Under the pieces are notes generated by a model that saw only the letters and a list, made by a program, of their open reading frames with translations, ran no database searches and was not told where the DNA came from. A program made the position numbers and the translations under genes. This document shows, one piece after another, positions 10,216 to 22,794 of a stretch of DNA of 64,000 bases; the stretch's first letter is position 1, and each line of letters opens with the position of its first letter. Source of the DNA: Octopus sinensis (taxonomy: Eukaryota); the NCBI RefSeq assembly GCF_006345805.1, contig NC_042997.1:163680001-163744000 (forward strand), read 5' to 3'.

Positions 10216-12529
10216 AAAGATACAAAATAGCTGGTGTAAAATTCCAGTGTATTCATCTTGTACTAGAAACATTATTATTATTGATTATTTGTATTATTCT
10301 AGAAATTACTTAATTAAAAAAAAAATGTTTTTGTTTGTGTGAGTCAAGGCTGTGGGCAATTTGAGCTATTATGATAGCCTCTTCATAGTAGAAATGAAAC
10401 ACTTATCTTTGAGGGATTCCTGCTGGATTGGAGGCCACTTCATTGCAAGGTTATCTCCAATTGTTGGTACCCATGTTTTGCTGAGTGGACTAAAGCAGTG
10501 AGAAAGGAAGTGCTTTTCTCAAAGACACAATGCACATTTTGTTCTGGGAATAGAATATATAATCTTATGATCTTGAGCCAACATGCTAACAATTGGGTCA
10601 TGCATCCTGTATTTAGCATTAATTTAGTTTATGTGAATATTTGTACCTAGGAATGTGCATAAACATCTGACTTGAAGATATTGGTGTAAAATATGAAACA
10701 TATTACTTTCTAAACAATATTGTCGTAGAAAATTTTAAAAAATCATGTGGGGAAAAAAGCTAAAATGATATATGTACATGATCAAATTTCATCTTCTGTT
10801 TTAAATTTTGTATACTTACATTTCTTCTAAAGTCATTGAGTGTGGTGTATTTCATTAGGTGCTAACTGATAAAAAGCTTCTCATTAATGCCTGTCAAACT
10901 CCCCAAATTATTTTTATGAAACAGCAATTTTGGGATTATTTTATACTGAACAAAGATTATGTAGATAAAGAATATAATTTGCTATTGAGTCCTTATTACA
11001 CATTAGGAAATTGGATTTATTGGAAAAAAGAAATGAAAACCAATATTATATAAGTAATAAATTATTGAGCACAAGTTTATTGAGTAACTGTATGTTCTTA
11101 AGAAATTAGTAACTAATATAAAACCATTTCACATTATTTATTAGATAAAGAAATGAAAGCTAATTTTATGTAGAAATCAAATATTATTTTGGTAGACTTT
11201 TTAACTGTTCTTATAAAAATAACTGATTAGTATAACTATCTTAACTAATGCTTTGCTTTCACAATATTCCTGTTTTCTTTGCTTCAACTACTTGATAAAT
11301 CAAAGATATATGACTTTAATTAAATTTATTCTTGAGATGTATAAACTTATATTTTTATTTTAGCCTTATTTAATTTACATTTACTCATAATCAGTTATTA
11401 GACTGTGTAATGTGAAGACAGCTGATTCTGAATATCTGGTTTGTGCTTTAAATTACAAACTGTTGAGAGAAAGGAGTACATTCCAGTTAGCTGCTATGCA
11501 AATTAAGAAATTGGAAACTCAGCAGAAGAGATAACTTTTAAGTTATGGTCTGAAAGTTTTTAGGTACAATTTGAAAATGATATTATGTAGAAGAATCAGC
11601 TGTCTAGTACCAGGCAAATTATTATTATTTAGTGTAATAAAATTTAAATACTCTCTGAAAGGATAGGGTGAAAGACTAATAGTTAATAAAATTAGTATTT
11701 TGAGTTGGTCTATGAAACTTATGCATACCTTTTCTAAGATGACTAATAAATTCATATGAGGGTAGTGTTACAGCAATAGAAAAGCTATCTAATTGCAACA
11801 TTTTGTAATGGATATAAACAATTAAAAATGGATTGAAAGTATTCTAGGAAAAAAAACCCAATTCAGTTATATTATGCAAATATAAAAATTTGCAAAGCAC
11901 ATCCTTCCTGAAGTCTGGAGAAATAGATACAAAAAGACAATTAATAATAAAGTATTCTGAATTCGAATATTTAATGCCAAATGTGGCATTTATATATAGT
12001 TCAGTTGAGATGCAGATAGAGCAAAATCTATGAAGATTGTTTGTGAACAATTTGTTTGAAAATTTCCAAATAGAAGCAAACTTAAGAAAGAGGCAAGTGT
12101 ATTTGAGACTTGAAACTATATTGAAATAATGTTATCAGGGTTTTACTCAGAGATTACTGTGAGTTCAATATATACTTTTGTACGAAGGTGCCACATGACA
12201 TTTTAGTGTAATTATCTTGGGCGTATATCTGTAAATATTGTATGAACATCTCAAATCAATAAAGATTTTAGAGAATATTACTAATTATTGTTTTATTTTC
12301 CTGTGTATCAGTTATCAAATAAACATATAAATTATATATTTGATAAGGATTTTTCAGTGCAAAGCTTCAAGATTTGAACAGAAAAATTCTAACCATCACT
12401 ATAACTTTGGCTGCCTCACCATAACTTTTGAAATCACAATTTAACATCAATAACAGTTTTCTTTGCTTTTACTCTCTCTCTTTTGCTGTTTGGATATGAT
12501 CATGCACCACTGCATTTTTCCATTTCCAG

Positions 12530-12553
12530 GCTCAAAAAAATAGGGTTTCTCAG
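12530..12553 (+). CDS. SVIL: Candidate 24-nt supervillin microexon (AQKNRVSQ)
   Basis: tgcatttttccatttccag|GCTCAAAAAAATAGGGTTTCTCAG|gtaact. Phase 0-0 and open; regenerates RVSQ-PVT with the next exon; TGC motifs upstream and TGCATG downstream. Confidence 0.65.
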
Positions 12554-13714
12554 GTAACTGCTTTCTCTCTATTCACAGGCATGTACAAAGCTCATGACCT
12601 ATTTCACTAATTTTAGCTAGCACTGGATGCATGTTTGTGCTTAATTTATGCTCTTCTGTAATGATGGAATGTATTTGACATTACTGTAAGGAATAACATC
12701 TTCAATCAACTCAAATAATGTGATTTACAAGGAAGGTTAATTTGAAGGTTCATTACAAACATGTTTCTTCAAATGACTTCAAATAGAATTGGAATTATAA
12801 ACATATATTACCTTGAATACATTAAATTGTTTCTAAACTGGAACGCCAATGATGTAAAAGTTTTTATATGATGCCTGTAAACAATTATTGTTTTTGTTTT
12901 TCTTTCAACCTGTAAAACAGAGGTGTACTATATATTTACATGTTATACACATATGGCTGAAATATAACCCTTTATTAATAGCTTCAATATTGTCGTACAC
13001 ATCTCTCACATTATTACTATCATCATTATCAGCATCGTCAAAATCTTGTTGTGATTCATTTAACATCTGTTTGTTCATATCTCTGTGAGTTAGGTTACAC
13101 CTATCCTATTATGTTAATAATGTGAACTACAAAAGTGGGGTTGGTTGCTATTTTCAGTTTGATTGATTGAAGCCATGCCCTAGAGTGTAGGGAAGTACTT
13201 GTAGCAGAGTTTTAGATTATTGTTTTTGCACTTAGTACAATAACCACTTATCTACTATGCCTTTATACAATTCTACAAAATGAAAACAAACAACAAATTA
13301 CTTAGTAAATAAAAGAAGTATTTGTAAGAAAGAAATAATTATGTTTAGAAGATACATATGCCAATCGAGAAAGGCTGTTGACAATAATATTAGGAGAGTT
13401 CAGGTTGACTGACACATTCCTTTAGTTATTAGAAAATGAAAAATAAAAAGGGGGAATTTTAACTTTGATAGGAAAAAAATTTGAACAATTTTTAATTAAT
13501 ATGTTGGAAAATAATGTTAATGCATCTTATTAAAGGTCATTTGAATTTGGAGAAGTGTATAAAGTATTTGAGTGAGAAAATTCTATACATCATGAAAGTG
13601 TATTTAGTGAAGAATAATTATATTTAGTAAAATATTACTACTAAGGGGAGTTAGTGAAAGCATGTCTGTTTAATCATGAGCAGATGAACATTGAGAAGAT
13701 AACAACTGAAGGGA

Positions 13715-13885
13715 CAGAGGGCTGCACCATCATGTGCAGCTCTCGGGTACTGATTTATGGCTGTGTAAACTGGAGCAATATGAAATAAAGTGCTTTGCTC
13801 AAGGACATGATGCACCATGTAGAGGAACTAAATGCACAATCTTATAATCGCACGCTTAACCTAACCACTAGGTTATGCACATCCA
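13715..13885 (-). mobile_element. tRNA-headed SINE remnant
   Basis: aagtgctttgctcaagga...taaccactagg reverse-oriented tRNA-like head; related remnants at about 10390-10610, 41090-41250, 54130-54340 and 54490-54690. Confidence 0.5.
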
Positions 13886-16800
13886 CTTCAATTCCATAAA
13901 TTGAAGAGAGCTTAAAATTAGTTAATATAACCACCTTGATTCTTTTGTCATTGAGTGTGTATGTGTGTGTGTGTGTGTGTGTGTTTAAGTAAAATTTCAG
14001 CTTTTAGTTCAAATATATATGTTGAGATATGTATATGTGTATATATTTGTATACCAGAGTTATGTTGAAAATAACAGTATGGAAGACAAAGTGAGAACAA
14101 AGTGTAATTAATATTTTGACACTGAATGAGAGGTAACGAGCGTGCTATTTATGTTTTGAGCTTAAGCCCTTCAAAAAGTTTGATAGTTAGAAGGGTAAGT
14201 GTGGAAATAGGAAAAAGAAATGCAAGTAACTGAGAAGTATATGTTAATTTGTGTCAGGTCATGCTGAAAATAGAGGATGTTGAGTAACAAGAAGGGAAGA
14301 AGAAGAAAGGCACTATCATATGAACAAGAGCTGCTGGGGTGGTTATTGTTAGTCAGTGTGCAAATTATGTATGCATGTGTCAGTGTTAGTGTGCACATTG
14401 GGAATTTAGTATATATATGGACCAGTATGTATGGCTAATGATTGAGTTGAAAAGTGTGTTTTGATAAATGACTTTGATTTGTTTGATGTATCTGCATGTA
14501 TATTTCTTGTGTTTTGTTAAACATGTGCTATGTGCATTGTGAAATTAATATTATGGAGTAGTGTATGGATAGAGATTACTTTGAAAGTTGGGCTTGCTGT
14601 GATGAGTGAGTTTGTCTTATTTAATGTATGTGTGTAGGTTACTGTGTTGTATAAGTTGCTTGAAACTATGTGTGGATATGTCTTTTGTGTTTGTATGCAT
14701 CTAATCTGTGTGTGTGTGTGTGCCTGCCTGTGTGATTGGCTTTATGGGTTATGTGTATGTGTGTGTATGTGATTCACTTTAGGTGTTGTGTGTTTGTGTA
14801 TGATTGGCCTTTTGGGTGTGTTTTTGGAGTAGTGAAAATAATATGACCAGTGTATGTGTCATTGTGGGTATTATTGTTATGGGTATGTGTGGGTGTGTGT
14901 ATGAATGTATGTATGTATATAGACATACATACACACTCACACACACACAGACTGCTTAAAATGCTCCTTTTCTGAGCATTTTAAGCAATAACTAAAGTTG
15001 GTAGAGAAATGTAGATGCAAGAGTTGGTTATGTTGAAATAATTGTAATTGAGTTCAGAAGTTCAATAAATAAGATGATATGTGAAGAAGGCTATGTCAAA
15101 TTTAATTCACAAAATATTGTTCTTTCTCTTACTCACTTTATGAAAATCGTTCACTTTTATTCCCTGTGTGAAACCCTAAGTTATCTTGTTTAGTTTTATT
15201 TCAAAACAGTAGCATGTGTCTATGTTCTACTCATAGGCAAAATAGTTTCAGATCACATAAAACTTATATCATTCCAATAAATGAAAATGCATGTTATTCT
15301 AATTGTTGACACTTCAATAAATTTCAAACACTAATATCAAAAAAATGGTTTCACTTTCACATCCTGATTTCCATTTTAATCAGTTATCATGTTGTTTGCA
15401 TTTAATTTTTATGCAATTTATAATAAAATGATTTATTATTTTGCTAAGATGCATTTCATTTTTAAATGTCAAATTTAAAATGTTGGGATTTGAATATAAG
15501 ATGACACCGAAGCAGCTGTTATGAGTTTTAATAGGGTCTTTTGAATATTTTTTGTATTTTAAGAAAACAAGTAAATTAGTATATTATTAAAAAATTCTTA
15601 TATTTAATATATTTTGTACAAACTAAAAAAAAAAAAGGACTCTTTCAACTTAAGATAGGATCAGTATTGAAAAATGCTGAATTAATTGTCGATGCAATCT
15701 TTTTCAAAGTCTTGTTACTTGTCGAATATTTTTTTACATCAGTTGAAATATTCATTGAAATTTTCATTAACATTTTATATTTCAGGAACAAAATTTTAAT
15801 AGACATACTCATTTCCTTAAGTCTTGATGTAGTGGACATTTAACAACAAAATTAATTGAAAATAAAAGAAAGTAATTGTTTTAAGCAATATAAATATGAA
15901 AGTAAATGACTACCTCAGGATTTAAAGTGAGCAGTAGTAAGAATTTTAGCTTGCATGTAAAATTGTTCAATGTCCCTTTGTATTATAATTTCCATGCATC
16001 AACAATAACAAAGAAGTATCATGCTATAATTTAATAAAACTATGTGCTACAGTAAAAGAGTATGTTGTGAGTTAATCTTCAACAGGCAATGTAAACAGCA
16101 TGATTATGATATGTGTGTCAACCTGGCATTTACTCTTCAAATGAAGAAAGTTATACAATTTTACATTTTGATCAACAAAGTTTGTTGCTAAAGTCACTTG
16201 CAAATTAAAGTAGTAATGTTAACCGGAAGGAGAGCAGAAAATCTTTGTTTAACTTTGACAGTGAAGAAATGACCAGTCATTAATTTACAAAATTGTCTTT
16301 TCTTAAAATGTCTTATGTATAAATAATAACTTAATTGGGTCAGTTTTAGTTTAAACTGTTACTTGTATAATGTCAATGTCAACATTGGAATAACCTATTG
16401 CTATGAAATGTGACAAATGAAAGGAGATTTACAGTCTAGAAGGAACTGATTTATATAATTTCATTTTATATTTGAATTTGAGGGCTTCTTAAAATGATAT
16501 TTTTATGCTAATGTTTGCATTTGAATTTTGGGTATCACATTTATAGTAAACTAGAATGAACTAGTTAAGATTTATTCAAATCTTAATTTTTCAAATAATA
16601 ATCACTTAATTAAAAATCTAAGCAAATTATATGAAGTCATCCTTTACTATATTCTTCAAATAATTTTCACCATCAACTTCTAACAATCAAAAGTTAAGTC
16701 ATTCTCATTGTCAGCATCTTAACATTTATTTTTCCAAGCTGGCATGGATTGGACAGGTTTGTTATATATGTATATATCACAATGCCATTTATTGCAATTT

Positions 16801-17467
16801 CTTAATGTCATGACTGGCCTTGTTTTCCAACTCTAAGTATTTAAATGAACTTTATGGATATTCCCAATATTATCTCAAGTAATATGGTTTATTATAAGAA
16901 TTAAGTAACTAAGTTTAAATAATATCTTAGACTAAAGAATGTGTTTTGTATAATTCACTAAAAGTTTAAGCAATATTACTTATGTGCTGTAATTTAATGA
17001 ACATAAAAATAAACTTGGTTTGAGTTTTTAAGGGATATTTTAGTCTCTGTTCTTTAGTAAACTATAATGACATTATATTTATACTGCTAATATCTATTGC
17101 ATAATTAAATTTACTAAATTAAAATTTAGCTTTAACTTTTTTTTACAGTTTATTTGATAATTTTTATTTTCAGCTACTAATAGTTGACTTAAACTAAAAT
17201 ATTCTAACACTTGGAATAAACTGAAGAAATATTGCATGGATGAAATAAAATGCTTGTTTATTTTTATTTCATGTTTAACTAAACTTAATTTTCTTTTTAA
17301 ATTGTAGCTGTTTATTCAAAAAATATTGTTTATAATTTTTGAATCATTATATTAAACTTTTAGTGAGTGTTTTTTTTATATTCCTTGCATTAAATAGTTG
17401 TGCAAATTAATATATTGTTAATAAAAAGTAATAAATTTTATTTGTTATTTCTATTTTTCCATTTTAG

Positions 17468-17714
17468 CCTGTTACTTCTGAAGAAATGGAGAGTGTGTTT
17501 CGTATTTCTCCTTTGGCAATGAGCCTTGTAAAACCACCAGATCCAGAAATTTTGAAAGGATTGCCATTAAATGCTCAAAGAGAGCTCGTTGCCCAGCATG
17601 CAGAAGCTTGTTTATCTCAACAAGGGTCCAGACCAAACTCACGTCCAGGATCACAATCTGGTTCCCGAAGAGGATCTCTTGAAGAACATGAGCAAAGTAA
17701 ACTAGAAACAAATG
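17468..17714 (+). CDS. SVIL: Supervillin exon PVTSEEMESVFR...KPPDPEILKGLP...SRRGSLEEHEQSKLETN
   Basis: Acceptor attttag| at 17467 and donor AATG|gtattg. 247 nt, phase 0 to 1, open frame (ORF 17486 in the track); RRGSLE motif as in vertebrate supervillin. Confidence 0.9.
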
Positions 17715-18344
17715 GTATTGTATTAATGAAAAATTTATTCTTTCTAAACTTATATTTCAGTTTACAAAATTGAATACATTATATAGTAATGAGATGAGGT
17801 GAATTTTGTAAATTTTAGAGTTGTTGCCTTTCATATAAAGGACTGCTTGAAAGGTTAAAATTCATTTCTTCTCATGGCACACAAAATTTTACAAATTTGC
17901 TAACTTTATTGACTGATTTTTACTGCTGCAAGACTGCTGTATTTTTTGTTTTATACCTTCACTCTAATCTTTAAAAATTTATTTCATTAATTATCTCTGA
18001 ATTGAAAGTTAAATGATCAATATCTCTAAAAATTGGGTTACTTTAAACACTTTCTATATAAACTTAATTGTCTTATTTTCTCTTTTTGCTCTCTTGCACA
18101 ATAGCTCTATTTAAGACCTTGGTTATGGTTATTTAGCTAGTTAGCCTAATTATAGTCAGATATCAACTGATTTGGTAGGCCTATATAATTCTTTAAGTTT
18201 TAGCCTATAAAACAATTCTTCATTATAGTTCAAACCTTCAAATATTAACAAATAGTATTCACTTTATTTAAATGATTTTCTTAATAATAAAAACAGGTAA
18301 TGTTTCACCGATATATTTACTTGCAAAAATATACCTAACAATAA

Positions 18345-18377
<33 letters not shown>

Positions 18378-18957
18378 CATGTATGTGTGTGCCCTCAATA
18401 GCTCTTATATAAAAAATCCACTGTATTGATTTTTTACTTCTATTTTCTATAACAATCAATATCAGTACAAGCAATATTCTTTTTTATATTGCTTCTTTCT
18501 ACTTTAGCCCACCCTTCTCCTTTCTCTTGCTGCTGTCTTGTATTCTATAGTTCAGTGTTATAATTCATTATTATAATATTCATTAGAAAGCATAATTTGC
18601 CAGACAAAATTTAGTTAAGTCAATTGCATAATCAGCTCAGAGATTGACACAGTAGCTTAGACCAAAGGACCCAAATGAAAAGCAAGGTATATTCTTACTA
18701 ATTTTAGATGTTCACACTTCAAGGCAAATTGTAATGGATTATTAAGTTTTAGTAAAGAAAGTTTTGGAGATGACTTTCTATCTTTACAGCTTATTTGTAT
18801 TCAATAATGTGTGAAATTATTTAACACTGTGACTAACAAAAATATTCAGTTACCTTTATATTCAGTCCAATTTTTTTGAGCAATTCTTTTCAAATCTGTC
18901 TTTCTTGCTTTGCTTTGAAGAAGCAAAGTTGACTCATAGACTCAGAATTGTGAAAGT

Positions 18958-19011
<54 letters not shown>

Positions 19012-21505
19012 TGTGTGTGTACATGCATATGCATGGTTAGTCTAATGTTACTAATTGTTATAGCTTATACTAGTAGGGTAAATATTTGGGGCAACAGTCT
19101 AGAAGGTAGAACTAGGCAAAGTGTTTAAAGTATTACCAAAAAGGAATGGCAAAATGAAGTGAATGTTAATGCTGGTGCAATGGAAAACAAGGACATTCAG
19201 AACAGTAGAGGCCATTCTAGAAATAGTAGAAACAGAAATTTATCAGTATGTTAAAGAGTTTGCAATAAATTTGACAGTGTCGTAGGGATGTAATCTCATA
19301 TTATGATTACAGGTATATCATTGTTCTATATGTTGGACATTGTTGTTATTGATGGTCAACTCTGATCAAGCAGGCCAATGATGAAAAGTGCTTCCTTGTG
19401 AACAATTTTTGATATTGTAGGGTATGATTTAAAGGAGATTTGGTTACTGTTTCTTGCTAGTCAAGTGACTGTTTAGAAGAACTCCCCCTCCCTTGTGTCA
19501 TATAGGAGCATGAGTAGTACACCATGGTGTAACATAAATCAACCTCATAAGAAGTAAGAATGTAACTGTTTTGTATCTGTAAAGGTGCTTGGTGTTGGTT
19601 TGGCTATCTTGAAGTCAAGACCTGATGATTTCTCAATTTACTAACAATTGATTGGATGTTCTTATGGAAGAGAGAATTAGTGTAGTTGTACTTAGCATGT
19701 ATAGGAATTTTAAAGGACTTTTTAGTGACTTCACAACATAGTAATGATCTTTTGTAAAGATGAATAATGGTTGTTTTATTTTGCTATGTCTTGCCAGATT
19801 ATAGAAATTTTATTGTTTAACCATCAGTGTTGAATCTATAGGCTGTGTGAATATTATTTGTGATTGCATAGAAAGAAAATATGAAAAATAATGTGGCAAA
19901 GGTTTGATGTTAGAGACACTGATGATGAGATTATGAATGTAGACGAACAAGGAAAAAATATCTTTCCAGCTAGGAAACCCATGTATCTCCTCTTCAATAA
20001 GACACCTATTCCTGTCTCTCTATTATACTTTCATCTCCGTCAATACTACACCCCACCCCCACTCAGTTGAGACGTCTTATCTTGTGAGTTACTTGGTGAC
20101 CTCACTAGTGCTAGTATCATGAGAAAGTACCCAATACACTCTGTAATGTGGTTGGCATCAGGAAGGGCAACCACCTATAGAAATCATGCTAAAGCAGACA
20201 TTGTATCTCTGTACAGTCCTCTGGCTTGTTGGTCTCTGTCAAACTGTCCAACTCATGCCAACTTGGAAAATGAACATTAAACAATGATGATGATGATGAT
20301 TTTTGTAGCTGATGAGTTTTCTGCAAGAACATTGCAAATTTGCATGACTAGGTCAGATTCTAGTTTCTAGTTTATGAATTTAGATGGACATTTATCATAG
20401 TTGTATTTACAGTATGCTTTTATCTGAAGCATCAAAAGGAAACTTTCACATGTTATAGAATTTATTCATACACTGTTCTTTCACAGTTAGTATACATTTT
20501 GTGGGAGGCTGATTAATATGTTTTGCTAAAGTGTAGGATACTGAGAAATATGTCAAGGAGAATTTTTTCTGTAGAAAGTTTGATAGTCTCTAAACATTTA
20601 GCATTAAAAAGTGATAATTATAAACACATGTCTGCATGAGTTAACTATATTTACTTATTAGAGCAAGGGTTCCCAACCTGCACTGCTCACAACCCCTGGA
20701 GCTTTGAGATAGCATTTCAAGAGTGTGACAGAGAGAAAGTATATACTTTGTTAAAATTTTTTTTTTTAATAAAATTGAACTAAATCCTAAAAATAACTTC
20801 ATTCTGTTAAACACACTAAGAACTTTATTATTCTACTTATGTAGTTTTAACCATTAAGAGATTATGATTAAAGAATTATGTCTTAATTCCATTCACAACA
20901 ACATATGTGTGAATCTAGATTTAGTTATCTTTTGTCAATCAAGACTAAATTGTATCTACGAATTGGTTAAATTCATAGGCAGACCTGCAGATCACAATTA
21001 GCAAGAAAGTTCCAGATTTTGATTAGTAATGAATGAGAAGCAGGAACAAAGAAGTCGTTGAATTCTGTGTTCACAATTTTGTTTGATCTCACTGTTACTA
21101 ATTTTTTTAGCCACTCAGTTTACATTTGCATTTTATGCACTGAGTCAAAAGCTTGTTTTTTTGAGTTCAGTTTATTCACAAATAGTATTGTGTGTGTTTC
21201 AAAACAGAAATTAATTATCAGAAAATTGACTTTTTTATCTTTAAATATGATATTGCTTTTGTATGGGATGTGAAAATTGATCTGACATTTCCTAGGAGTG
21301 TGGGGTGTTGGGACATAGAAAATATTGGGAATAACTGTAATAGAATATCCACTGAAAAAAAAAAAAATCAAAGTTGAATTCTGAAAGTAAATCTTTATTG
21401 AATATTAGTGAATATTATCTTTCACTCCATACATCATTATATCATTATTTTGTAAGTTTTGATACTCATGTATTGAGGAGGTGTGGCTTTGCGCCAGTTG
21501 AGATA

Positions 21506-21890
21506 TCTTCTATCTTTTACTTGTTTCTCTCATTAAACTGTGGGCATGCTGTGGTGCCAGCTTGAAGGACTTTTGTTGAATGAATTGACTCCAGTACTTC
21601 ATAGTTTTTTATGCCTAGTACTTATTCTATCAGTTTCTTTTACCAAACTGCTAAGTTATGGGGACATAAATACACCAACTGTGGGGGTAGGGGACAAACA
21701 CAAACTTGAAGACATACATACATACATACATACATACATACATACATACATACACAACAGTCTTCATCTACCAAATCTACTTACAAAGCTTTGGTAAGTT
21801 TGAGACTGTAGTAGAAGACACTTGCTCAAGGTGCCACATAATGGGACTGAACCTGGAACCATGTGGTTGGGAAGCAACCTTCTAACACAC
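21506..21890 (-). mobile_element. tRNA-derived SINE (family 1)
   Basis: Reverse complement of the 25423 copy: gtagaagacacttgctcaaggtgccac and tail cttttacttgttt. Confidence 0.8.
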
Positions 21891-22755
21891 ACACACGCAC
21901 ACACACACACACATGTATCTGAAGCTATAAATATTTGTTGTATAATGCTGACTTCATTTCTGATTAACTTTATAACCTCTATGGTATTAGCTGAAATCTA
22001 TTTGTCTTTATATTCATATTAATTAGTTTAATTATCCAAATATAATTCCAGTACCTTTACAAAGAATAAAATATATGCAACTTTCAGATAATCTGGAGAT
22101 TAATGTTTTTGGAATATTGTAGTTAGATTTATTAACATATGCCTATATTGGTAATTAAATTAAGATTATTATTGCAATCTTTGCTGTTAGTAAAAATTTA
22201 ATTAGAACTAATTTTCAACTTCAATTATATTACTTTAATTTATTAATAATTAAAACATGTTCATGTTTAGTACAGCTTTTTAAAACTAAAAGATTAAATA
22301 AATTGCTTCTCATCATATGTAATATGCTACTTAATGATATAAAATGTAAATTGACTGTTAAGGATTATTTATTAAAATGTATTATAAGTATCTCAATGGT
22401 ATTATTTCAAACTTCCAGCCCAGGAAAATTACTATTCCACAAATAGTTTTTGAAAACAGACATATCATTTAACTGCGACTGCTCTTGCATTAAATCTCAC
22501 TGTCAAAGTTTTCTCCACTGACTGTCCATTTACTGCTTAAATTTCGTTGTTTTAGTCACTTCTTTATCTATATGCTTATGTTTCACTCTCTGAAAGCAGG
22601 GTGTAATGTTGGTAGCAGTAGCAGGAAGTTTGCTTTACTTGCCTGACAGTAAACTGTAGGACATTTCATAGTTATGCTATCAGTCATACTACTTAGAAGG
22701 AAATAGCTGCTTTTCACAAACTACCATATTTTAAGAGGCTTATATTTTTGTTCAG

Positions 22756-22794
22756 TTTCTCTTTGTATAAAAAGGGAACCTGTGGAATTTAGAG
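22756..22794 (+). CDS. SVIL: Possible 39-nt cassette exon (VSLCIKREPVEFR) or end of an alternative 5' UTR exon
   Basis: Strong donor GAG|gtaagt at 22794. Acceptor tttttgttcag| at 22755 gives a phase 1-1 open 39-nt exon, but a competing aaaag acceptor at 22774 would give 20 nt. Confidence 0.3.

Noticed and set aside
11500-12330. Coding-looking decayed sequence, possibly a DNA transposase
   Set aside because: No diagnostic motif or terminal repeat could be read with confidence; needs a translated search.
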